A stretch of DNA of 10,455 nucleotides from Candidatus Rokuibacteriota bacterium (GCA_016184305.1 JACPCX010000032.1:1-10455); one strand, 5' to 3'. Positions 1 through 7,155 are shown, counted from the stretch's first letter. Program-made: numbers and translations. The notes: a model not told the origin generated them from the letters alone.

Positions 1-670
1 TGACGATCACGCCGAAGGAGAGCGCCTTCCAGAAGCCGGTCATGATGTCGGTCATGTCCACGAAGTTCTGCATCTCGCCGAAGTACGTGCCGGACGAGAG
101 GCCCAGGAGCTCCACGCTCACCAGGTACCCGCCGAAGATGCCCACCACGTCGAAGAGGGCGGTCATCAGCGGGAAGGTGAGGAGCCCCGCCACGATGGGC
201 GGCACCACGAGGTAGCGGGTCGGGTTCAGCGCCATCACCGTCAGCGCGTCGATTTGCTCCGAGATCCGCATGATGCCGATCTCCGCCGTCAGCGCGGAGC
301 CTGCCCGCCCGGTGACGATGAGGGCGCAGAGCACGGGGCCCAGCTCGCGGATCAGGGTCAGCGCCACGGCCGGACCGAGGAACGCCTCCGAGCCGAAGCG
401 TGACAGGGTCAGGAAGACCTGGAGGCCCAGCACCATGCCCGTGAAGGCGCCGGTGAGGATCACGATGGTGAGGGAGCGGAAGCCGATGAAGTGGATCCGG
501 TCCAGCAGCTGGCGCAGCTTGAACGGCGGGATGAACAGGTGGGCGACGGCGTCACCGAGGAAGGCGCCGAAGCGTCCCAGCGCGGCCATCACGTCGAGCG
601 TGACGGCCCCCACCGTGCCCACGAGACGAACCGGGAGGGCCTGGGGCGCGGGCGCGGCGGGCTCGCTCAT
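1..670 (-). CDS. mlaE: MlaE/YrbE-family (MCE/Ttg2B) lipid ABC transporter permease, 3' end truncated by the window edge
   Basis: Manual translation from ATG at 670 (absent from the ORF track because there is no stop in the window): MSEPAAPAPQ...FIGFRSLTIVILTGAFTGMVLGLQ...LIRELGPVLCALIVTGRAGSALTAEIGIMRISEQIDALTVMALNPTRYLVVP. The RELGP, GRxGSAxxAEIG and EQIDAL motifs are characteristic of MlaE. The start overlaps the shc stop (ATGA, 670-667). Confidence 0.93.
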   Translation of the reverse strand, partial: MSEPAAPAPQALPVRLVGTVGAVTLDVMAALGRFGAFLGDAVAHLFIPPFKLRQLLDRIHFIGFRSLTIVILTGAFTGMVLGLQVFLTLSRFGSEAFLGPAVALTLIRELGPVLCALIVTGRAGSALTAEIGIMRISEQIDALTVMALNPTRYLVVPPIVAGLLTFPLMTALFDVVGIFGGYLVSVELLGLSSGTYFGEMQNFVDMTDIMTGFWKALSFGVIV

Positions 671-2625
671 CCGCGGGTATTCCGGTAGACGCCGAGCGCC
701 CAGAGCGGGAAGTACCGGGCGTAGAGGTGGTACTTCAGGTAGAACACGCGCGGGAACCCCGTGCCGTTCCAGAGCCGGTCCTCCCACGACCCGTCCCCCC
801 GTTGCGTCTCGAGGAGGAAGGCGATACCCCGCTCGACGGCGCGCCCCTGGGTGTGCCCGACGGCGAAGAGGCCCAGGAGCGCCCATGCGGTCTGGCTGGG
901 GATGGAGTCCCCTCGGCCGGCCACCGTGGGGTCCTCGTAAGAGGCCAGCGTCTCGCCCCAGCCGCCGTCGGCGTTCTGTCGTGCCTCGAGCCAGGTCGCC
1001 GCGCGCCGCACGTACTCCTGGGAGCTGCTCTCCCCGATGGCGCCGAGCCCGCGCAGCACGGACCATGTGCCGTAGATGTAGTTCACGCCCCAGCGGCCGT
1101 ACCACGGACCGTCCTCACGCTGGGTCCGTCTCACGAAGTCCAGGGCGCGTCGGGCCGCTGGATTGTCGGGCCGGTACCCGAGGGTGCCGAGCAGCTCGAG
1201 CCCGCGCCCCGTGAGGTCCTCCGTGGATGGATCCAGCAGGGCGCCGTGGTCGGCGAAGGGGATGTTGTTGAAGATGAGCCGGTTGTTGTCGGCATCGAAA
1301 GAGCCCCAGCCTCCGTCCGACCCCTGCATCCCCACGAACCACTCGAGTCCCCGCGTCAGCGCCCGCCGCCGCCGCTCCGGATCCAGCCCCTGGATCTTCC
1401 AGAGGGCCATCATGACCATGGCCGAGTCGTCGAGATCCGGGTAGAAGTCGTTGGTGTACTGGAAAGGCCAGCCCCCGGGGGTGACATGGGGCCGCTTGGC
1501 CTGCCAGTCGCCCGGGACGGTCACCTGATGGTCGATCATCCACTCGCCAGAGCGAACGAGCGCGGGGTCATCGGCGGGGAGCCCGGACTCGATCAGTGCA
1601 TTGACCGCGATGGAGGTGTCCCACACGGGGGAGACGCACGGCTGGTAGTGGAGCGACTGGCCGTCCTCGACGCCGAGCGCCTCGATCTCCTTCACCTGCC
1701 CGCGGAACAGCGGGTGATCGTCCGGGTAGCCCAGACAGCGCAGCGCAAGGACCGCGTTCACCATGGCGGGGAAGATGCCGCCGAGCCCTCCGGGCACGGC
1801 CAGCCGCTCCTCCAGCCACTGGCGCGCCGACTGGATGGCCCGTCCGCGGAAGGGCCGCGGACCGAGCCGCTCCCAGCCCTTGAGGCAGTCGTCCACGCCG
1901 ATGAAAATGTTCTTCCACAGGAAGGTCTTTGGCGCGAAGGGCCGGGGCACCCGGTGGAAGCGGAGGCTGGCGCGCTCCCGCGGAACCGGCCAGAGCTCGT
2001 CCAGGTGACGGTTGAACGCCAGGCGCTTCACCGGCTTGACGTCCATCAGGACGAGGAGCGGCACGATGACGGTGCGCGACCAGTAGGAGACCTCGAGCAG
2101 GTTGAAGTACGACCACCGGGGCAGGAGCATGATCTCCACGGGCATGGCCGGGATGCCCGACCAGTCGTACTCGCCGAAGAGCGCGAGCAGGATCTTCGTG
2201 AACACGTTGGCCTCGACAGGGCCGCCCCGGCCGCGGATGAGCGCCCGGGCGGCCGCCATGGCGGGATCCTCGGGCGCCACCCCCGCCGCCTTCATGGCGA
2301 AGTACGCCTTGATGGTGGCCGAGAGGTCCGCGGGGCCGCCCTCGTAGAGGCTGAAGCCGCCGTCGGGCAGCTGCTGCCGCCGGAGGTAATGCACCATCTT
2401 TTGCTCGCGCTCCCGGTCCACCCGATCCAGCAGGTGACAGAGGAGGAGGTACTCGCTGGTGATGGTGCTGTCGGCTTCCAGCTCGCCGACCCAGTGCCCG
2501 TCCGGCGCCTGGCTCGAGAGGAGATGCTGCTGGGCGCGCTCGATGACGGCGTCGACCTCGCGGGACACCGTACCCGATGACGACGCCCGAGATAGCCCCG
2601 CTGAATTGGTTCTCGGGGAAAACAC
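667..2625 (-). CDS. shc: Squalene-hopene cyclase
   Basis: 652 aa with the catalytic DxDD motif (YPDLDDSA), repeated QW motifs (QAPDGHW, QGSDGGW, QREDGPW, QNADGGW, QRGDGSW), QPCVSPVWDT, IPFADHGALLDP, GRWGVNYIYGTW and C-terminal GTGFPRVFYLKYHLY. The GTG start at 2625 is uncertain. Confidence 0.98.
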   Translation of the reverse strand: MFSPRTNSAGLSRASSSGTVSREVDAVIERAQQHLLSSQAPDGHWVGELEADSTITSEYLLLCHLLDRVDREREQKMVHYLRRQQLPDGGFSLYEGGPADLSATIKAYFAMKAAGVAPEDPAMAAARALIRGRGGPVEANVFTKILLALFGEYDWSGIPAMPVEIMLLPRWSYFNLLEVSYWSRTVIVPLLVLMDVKPVKRLAFNRHLDELWPVPRERASLRFHRVPRPFAPKTFLWKNIFIGVDDCLKGWERLGPRPFRGRAIQSARQWLEERLAVPGGLGGIFPAMVNAVLALRCLGYPDDHPLFRGQVKEIEALGVEDGQSLHYQPCVSPVWDTSIAVNALIESGLPADDPALVRSGEWMIDHQVTVPGDWQAKRPHVTPGGWPFQYTNDFYPDLDDSAMVMMALWKIQGLDPERRRRALTRGLEWFVGMQGSDGGWGSFDADNNRLIFNNIPFADHGALLDPSTEDLTGRGLELLGTLGYRPDNPAARRALDFVRRTQREDGPWYGRWGVNYIYGTWSVLRGLGAIGESSSQEYVRRAATWLEARQNADGGWGETLASYEDPTVAGRGDSIPSQTAWALLGLFAVGHTQGRAVERGIAFLLETQRGDGSWEDRLWNGTGFPRVFYLKYHLYARYFPLWALGVYRNTRG

Positions 2626-2631
2626 CGCTAC

Positions 2632-2640
2632 ATACTAGCA
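2632..2640 (-). promoter_or_regulatory. Putative extended -10 promoter element for shc (TGC-TAGTAT)
   Basis: The minus strand reads TGCTAGTAT (2640-2632), then 6 nt, then the GTG at 2625. It lies in an AT-rich patch, with no good -35 and no Shine-Dalgarno before the GTG. Confidence 0.4.
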
Positions 2641-2672
2641 TAGCGTCCGGGCAATCCCTAAGAGCCCAAGAG

Positions 2673-2703
2673 CCCAAACCTTGAAAAATCTCAAGGGCTT
2701 GGG
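2673..2703. promoter_or_regulatory. Inverted repeat with a TTGA-N6-TCAA core; possible CRP/FNR-family binding site
   Basis: CCTTGA (2679-2684) AAAATC TCAAGG (2691-2696), with outer arms CCCAA (2673-2677) and TTGGG (2699-2703). AAGAGCCC occurs twice in tandem at 2660-2675. Confidence 0.4.
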
Positions 2704-2709
2704 TAACGT
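2681..2709 (+). promoter_or_regulatory. Putative sigma70-type promoter for the hpnH operon
   Basis: TTGAAA (2681-2686), a 17-nt spacer and TAACGT (2704-2709), in an AT-rich island within GC-rich sequence. Confidence 0.5.
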
Positions 2710-2817
2710 GACGCATCGGCCCAATTCCACCCTGGGTCGGCCGCTGACCCGGGCGGGTGCCACGGGGGGCATTGCCGGTGAGCGAGGTGGCGACGGTCGG
2801 CGCGCCTAGGCGCGGGC

Positions 2818-2934
2818 CTCCACTACGGGCTCTTCCTCTTCACCCGGACCCTGACGCTCTGGATCGGCGAACCCCTGCTGGCAGCGGCCGGATTCCTGAT
2901 CCACGACGCCCCCTTTCTGGTACCCTATCTCGCG
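2818..2934 (+). pseudogene. Possible remnant of a membrane-protein gene (resembles a DedA N-terminus)
   Basis: Translates as LHYGLFLFTRTLTLWIGEPLLAAAGFLIHDAPFLVPYLA, with 33 of 39 codons ending in G/C. There is no in-frame ATG/GTG after the upstream TGA at 2779. GEPLLAAAGFLIH resembles DedA GExxLxxAGFL. Confidence 0.25.
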
Positions 2935-3106
2935 TGTGTTCGACGCGCCGTGGTGCTGACGGAGGAGCCCAGCGCATGGCGAGACGAGGCGGGTCCCGTC
3001 GCGACCGACGGCTCCAGCTTTACCTCATGGGCCGGTCGCGAGCCCGATGCGGGCCAGCGGCCCGAAGAGGCTCCGGTGATGCGGACGTCCCGATGAGCCC
3101 GATGAG

Positions 3107-3234
3107 GGCGAAGAGGCCACACCGCCACCCGATGTCATTCACATTCAGGCGAGATACTCGATGAGCCGCGCAGCGGCGAAGAGGCCACACCGCCACCCGA
3201 TGTCATTCACATTCAGGCGAGATAATAGATGAGC
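3107..3234 (+). repeat. Two-copy direct repeat, period 68 bp
   Basis: GGCGAAGAGGCCACACCGCCACCCGATGTCATTCACATTCAGGCGAGATA is identical at 3107-3156 and 3175-3224. The match extends to 58/60 through the following (C/A)T(C/A)GATGAGC, and the second copy contains the hpnH ATG. Confidence 0.97.
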
Positions 3235-4245
3235 GTACCGCTGTCCCAGGTGGTCACGGTGGCCTCCTACATCATCAGGCAGAAGCTCGCCCGCCGGCAG
3301 CGCTACCCGCTGGTGCTCATGCTGGAGCCCCTCTTCCGCTGCAACCTCGCCTGCGCCGGGTGCGGGAAGATCCAGTACCCGGCCCAGATCCTCCGGAAGC
3401 ACTTGACGGTGGAGCAGTGCGTGAAGGCGGTGGAGGAATGCGGGGCCCCCATCGTCAGCATCCCGGGAGGCGAGCCGCTCATGCACCCGGAGATGGACAA
3501 GATCGTGGCGGCGCTGGTGGCGAAGCGGAAGTACGTGTACCTCTGCACCAACGCGCTCCTCCTGAAGGAGAAGCTCTCGCTGTTCACGCCGTCCAGGTAC
3601 CTGACCTTCAGCGTCCACATGGACGGGCTCCGCGAGGAGCACGACGACGCCGTCTGCCGCGAGGGCGTCTACGACAGGGCGGTGGAGGCGATCCGCGAAG
3701 CCCTGGCGCGCGGGTTCCGCGTGACCACCAACACGACGCTGTTCGACGGGGCCTCGCCGCTCCGGATGCGGGAGTTCTTCGACGAGATGATGAGCCTGGG
3801 GGTGGAGGGCATGATGCTCTCGCCAGGCTACAGCTACTCCAAGGCACCCGATCAGGAGCACTTCCTGCGCCGGACCAAGACCCAGGCGCTGTTCACGCGG
3901 ATGCTCGCCCACCCCAAGCGGCGCTGGAGGTTCAACCAGTCACCGCTTTTCCTGCGCTTCCTCATGGGCAAGCACGACTTCGAGTGCACGCCCTGGGGCA
4001 ACCCGACGTACAACATGTTCGGCTGGCAGCGCCCCTGCTATCTCCTCCAGGACGGGTATGCCGCCACCTTCCGCGAGCTGATGGACACCACCGAGTGGCA
4101 GCGGTATGGCCGCCGGAGCGGCAACGAGAAGTGCCAGGACTGCATGGTGCACTGCGGGTTCGAGGCGACGGCAGTGGACCATACCTTCGGCTCCCTCAAG
4201 GGGCTCGTCGAGACCGTTGCGGTCACGCTGACCGGCAGGCTCTAG
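3229..4245 (+). CDS. hpnH: Adenosylhopane synthase, radical SAM (hopanoid C35 side-chain formation)
   Basis: YPLVLMLEPLFRCNLACAGCGKI (CxxxCxxC), SIPGGEPL, YLCTNA, CTPWGNPT, GWQRPCYL and KCQDCMVHCGFEATAV are typical of HpnH. It is divergent from shc. Confidence 0.96.
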   Translation: MSVPLSQVVTVASYIIRQKLARRQRYPLVLMLEPLFRCNLACAGCGKIQYPAQILRKHLTVEQCVKAVEECGAPIVSIPGGEPLMHPEMDKIVAALVAKRKYVYLCTNALLLKEKLSLFTPSRYLTFSVHMDGLREEHDDAVCREGVYDRAVEAIREALARGFRVTTNTTLFDGASPLRMREFFDEMMSLGVEGMMLSPGYSYSKAPDQEHFLRRTKTQALFTRMLAHPKRRWRFNQSPLFLRFLMGKHDFECTPWGNPTYNMFGWQRPCYLLQDGYAATFRELMDTTEWQRYGRRSGNEKCQDCMVHCGFEATAVDHTFGSLKGLVETVAVTLTGRL

Positions 4246-4246
4246 C

Positions 4247-4579
4247 ATGTCCCTCGAGGGCTGGACGCCCCAGATCGGGCCGTACCTGACGCTGGAAGAA
4301 GTGATCGAGCATGCCTTCGATTATCGCGGCAACATCACGGTGGTCAGGACGGACGGGACCGACATCGTCGGCTACCTCTTCAATCGCAACGCGAGCGCGC
4401 CGGAGTCCTTTGTCGAGATCTTCGACGAGACGGGCGAGGGTCCCATCAGGATCCGCTGTGCCGACATCGCGACCATCACGTTCACCGGGAAAGACACGGC
4501 AGCCGGGAATGCGTGGACTGCCTGGCTCGAGCGCAAAGACAAGGACAGAGCCGAGAACGCCGCCGCCTCCGGCGCCTAG
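4247..4579 (+). CDS. Hypothetical protein, 110 aa, possibly Sm/LSm-like beta fold
   Basis: Starts 1 nt after the hpnH stop and ends 4 nt before hpnG. Codon usage is coding-like and the composition is protein-like (AFDYRGNITV..DG..IVGYLFNR..FTGKDTAAGNAWTAW). Confidence 0.85.
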   Translation: MSLEGWTPQIGPYLTLEEVIEHAFDYRGNITVVRTDGTDIVGYLFNRNASAPESFVEIFDETGEGPIRIRCADIATITFTGKDTAAGNAWTAWLERKDKDRAENAAASGA

Positions 4580-4583
4580 CGCG

Positions 4584-5291
4584 GTGAGCGGAATCCTGAT
4601 CCTGACGGCCGTGGAGCTCGAAACCACGGCCCTGGCGCGCCACCTCGATCTCCCGCTCCTCCCGGCCTTCCCCTTTCGTGCCTACGGGCGTGGCGACGTC
4701 CGGATCGCTCCGGTGGGCCCCCGGGCCGGCCGCCTCCACGAGCGCTGGCCGCGACTCTTCCAGGGCTTCTCGTCGGCGCTCGTGGTGTCGGCAGGCCTCT
4801 GCGGAGGGCTCGCCCCGTGCCTGAGGGTCGGCGATCTCGTCGTGCCGGACACGGTGCTCGCCCCATCGGGCGAGATCCTGCGCGTGAACGGGCCGGCGCG
4901 CGAGCGGCTCCTCGCCCAGGCGGGCGGATGCGCCCACACGGGGTGCCTCGTCACGACTCGCGAGGTCGCCGCCACGCCCGAGGGGAAGGCCCTCCTCCAC
5001 GCCGAGACCGGGGCCGCCGCCGTGGACATGGAGTCGGCCCCGATCCTGAGTCACGCTACCGCCGCGGGCTGCCCCGCGCTCGTGGTGCGCGCTGTCTGCG
5101 ACGATGCGGCACACGCCGTGCCGCCAGCGCTGAGCCGGCTGGTCACGGCCGATGGGCGTGTCCACGGGGGCCGGACGCTCGCCTTGGCGTGGACCCACCC
5201 GGGGAGCATCGCCCACGCCGTGGCGCTCCGACGGGGCAGCCGGCTGGCGCTCGGGGCCGTGGCCCGAGCGCTCGCCACGCTCGCGGGTTAG
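4584..5291 (+). CDS. hpnG: Hopanoid-associated nucleoside phosphorylase/nucleosidase (PNP_UDP family)
   Basis: GTG start at 4584 inside track ORF 4311..5291, giving 235 aa: ILILTAVELE, SAGLCGGL..LRVGDLVV, AVDMESA, VRAVCD. The position after hpnH supports the hpnG call. Confidence 0.88.
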   Translation: MSGILILTAVELETTALARHLDLPLLPAFPFRAYGRGDVRIAPVGPRAGRLHERWPRLFQGFSSALVVSAGLCGGLAPCLRVGDLVVPDTVLAPSGEILRVNGPARERLLAQAGGCAHTGCLVTTREVAATPEGKALLHAETGAAAVDMESAPILSHATAAGCPALVVRAVCDDAAHAVPPALSRLVTADGRVHGGRTLALAWTHPGSIAHAVALRRGSRLALGAVARALATLAG

Positions 5292-5302
5292 GCGGGGAGC
5301 GC

Positions 5303-6316
5303 ATGGACGTCCTGGTCACGGGCGGCACGGGCTTCGTCGGCGCGAACCTGGTTCGCGCGCTCCTGGCGGACGGGCAGACGGTGCGCGTTCTCGCCCGGCC
5401 CGGGGGTGACCGCAGGGCTCTCGAGGGCTGCATGGTCGAGATCGTCGAGGGGGACCTGCTGGACCGCGACTCGCTGGTCCGAGCGGTACGTGGCGCCCGG
5501 CGCGTCTATCACGTGGCGGCCGACTACCGTCTGTGGGCGGCGGACCCGTCGGCGCTCTTCCGCGCCAACGTGGATGGCACGCGCCACGTGCTGGAGGCGG
5601 CCGCGGCCGCCGGCGTGGAGCGGATCGTCTACACCTCGACCGTCGGGGCCCTGGGCATCCCGGAGGACGGGACTCCGGGCGACGAGCGGACACCCGTGTC
5701 GCTCGTGGACATGGTCGGCCCCTACAAGGCGTCGAAGTTCCTGGCCGAGGAAGTCGCCCGGGAGTACGCGGCGCGCGGTGCGCCCGTGATCATCGTCAAC
5801 CCCTCGGCACCGGTGGGGCCGTGGGACGTCAAGCCGACCCCGACGGGCAAGATGATCGTCGACTTCCTCAGGGGCAAGATGGTGGCCTCTCTCGACACGG
5901 GACTCAACGTCGTCCATGTCCGTGACGTGGCCCGGGGCCACATCCTCGCCGGCGAGCGGGGGCGCGTCGGGGAGCGCTACGTGCTGGGTCATCAGAACGT
6001 GTCGCTGCTCGAGATCTTCCGCATGCTGGCTCGGCTCACGGGAATCCCCGCGCCCCGCTTCCGCGTTCCCTACGCCGTGGCGTGGCTGGCGGCCGCCGGG
6101 ATGGAGGGCGTCGCCCGGCTGACGGGCACCCCGCCCTCGGTGTCCCTCACGGCGGTGCGCATGGCACGCAAGCGCATGTACTTCAGCCCGGCCCGGGCCG
6201 TCCAGGAGCTGGGGCTGCCCCAGACGCCGGTCGAGGAGGCCCTGCGGGACGGCGTGGAGTGGTTCCTGTCGCGCGGCTTCGTCCGGCGGCCTTCTGCTCG
6301 GAGCCGCGCGGCATGA
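5303..6316 (+). CDS. hpnA: Hopanoid-associated NAD-dependent epimerase/dehydratase (extended SDR)
   Basis: ATG at 5303 after GGGGAG, 337 aa. Motifs VLVTGGTGFVG, HVAADYRLW, YTSTV, YKASK and VNPSAPVGPWDVKPTPTG. Confidence 0.93.
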   Translation: MDVLVTGGTGFVGANLVRALLADGQTVRVLARPGGDRRALEGCMVEIVEGDLLDRDSLVRAVRGARRVYHVAADYRLWAADPSALFRANVDGTRHVLEAAAAAGVERIVYTSTVGALGIPEDGTPGDERTPVSLVDMVGPYKASKFLAEEVAREYAARGAPVIIVNPSAPVGPWDVKPTPTGKMIVDFLRGKMVASLDTGLNVVHVRDVARGHILAGERGRVGERYVLGHQNVSLLEIFRMLARLTGIPAPRFRVPYAVAWLAAAGMEGVARLTGTPPSVSLTAVRMARKRMYFSPARAVQELGLPQTPVEEALRDGVEWFLSRGFVRRPSARSRAA

Positions 6317-7155
6317 ACGCCGAGCGCTTCGTCTCCCGTCTGACCCGCAAGAGCCGCTCCAACTTCTTCTACGCCTTCCTCCTCCTGCCGCGCGCCCAGC
6401 GCGAGGCGATCTTTGCCGTCTACGCCTTCTGCCGCATCGTGGACGACACGGTGGACGTGGGCCAGGACCGACCCGCCCAGCGGCAGGAGCTTCGGCACTG
6501 GCGGGGGGAGATCGGCCGGGTCTTCGAGGGCAGACCCGAGCACCCCGCAGCCCAGCGCCTCCAGCAGGCGATCCGCGCCTTCCCCATCCCTCGCTCCGCG
6601 CTCGAGGACATCATCGACGGCGTCGAGATGGACCTGGACCATCCCACGTACGAGACCTTCGAGGCGCTGTACCCCTACTGCTACCGGGTGGCGTCCGCCG
6701 TCGGGCTGTGCGCCATCGCGATCTTCGGCCACGCCGACCCGCGCGCGCGCGAGTACGCCGTGAACCTCGGCATCGCGCTCCAGCTCACGAACATCCTGCG
6801 CGATGTCCAGCAGGACGCGCGCATGGGGCGCGTCTACCTGCCGCAGGAGGACCTGTCCCGCTTCGGCGTGACGGCGGACCAGCTCCGGGACGGTCGCTAC
6901 ACGCCCGGATTCGTGGAGCTGATGACGTGGGAGGCCGCCCGCGCCCGCGACTTCTACGGTCGTGCCTGGCAGGCCTTTCCGGAGACAGACCGGCGGACGC
7001 TCTTCGCCGCCGAGATCATGGGCCGGACGTACTTCGCCCTCCTGCGGGCGCTGGAGGCAAGCCGCTTCCGGGTGTTCGACCGCCAGGTGACCGTTCCTGC
7101 GGCCCGGCGTCTCGTCATCGCGCTCTCGTGTTGGGCGCGCGCGCGCCTTCCATGA
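6313..7155 (+). CDS. hpnD: Presqualene diphosphate synthase (squalene/phytoene synthase family)
   Basis: ATGA overlap with hpnA, 280 aa. Motifs SNFFYAFLLLP, YAFCRIVDDTVD, YCYRVASAVG, LQLTNILRDV..D and GRVYLP. Confidence 0.9.
   Translation: MNAERFVSRLTRKSRSNFFYAFLLLPRAQREAIFAVYAFCRIVDDTVDVGQDRPAQRQELRHWRGEIGRVFEGRPEHPAAQRLQQAIRAFPIPRSALEDIIDGVEMDLDHPTYETFEALYPYCYRVASAVGLCAIAIFGHADPRAREYAVNLGIALQLTNILRDVQQDARMGRVYLPQEDLSRFGVTADQLRDGRYTPGFVELMTWEAARARDFYGRAWQAFPETDRRTLFAAEIMGRTYFALLRALEASRFRVFDRQVTVPAARRLVIALSCWARARLP

Noticed and set aside
727..2580. 617-aa plus-strand ORF, and the other long antisense or alternate-frame ORFs across the window (e.g. 270..1214, 1568..2716, 3145..3912, 6954..8081, 8147..9538, 8605..9849)
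   Set aside because: These are shadows of well-supported genes in high-GC DNA, where stops are rare. They have biased composition and no recognisable motifs.
2757..3164. 135-aa plus ORF (and 67-aa minus ORF 2925..3128) as real genes
   Set aside because: Both are Arg/Pro/Ala-rich with no convincing RBS or motifs, and they run through repeat/structured DNA.
3093..3232. The two 23-aa peptides as RiPP precursors for the adjacent radical SAM enzyme
   Set aside because: The enzyme has clear HpnH signatures and a hopanoid context. No RRE, peptidase or peptide exporter is present.
3107..3234. CRISPR interpretation of the direct repeat
   Set aside because: There are only two copies, the 50-bp repeat has an 18-bp gap that is itself partly repeated, and no cas genes are present.
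6313..7155. Phytoene synthase (crtB) call
   Set aside because: It is the same superfamily, but the SNFFYAF N-terminus, hopanoid context and absence of crt genes favour hpnD.
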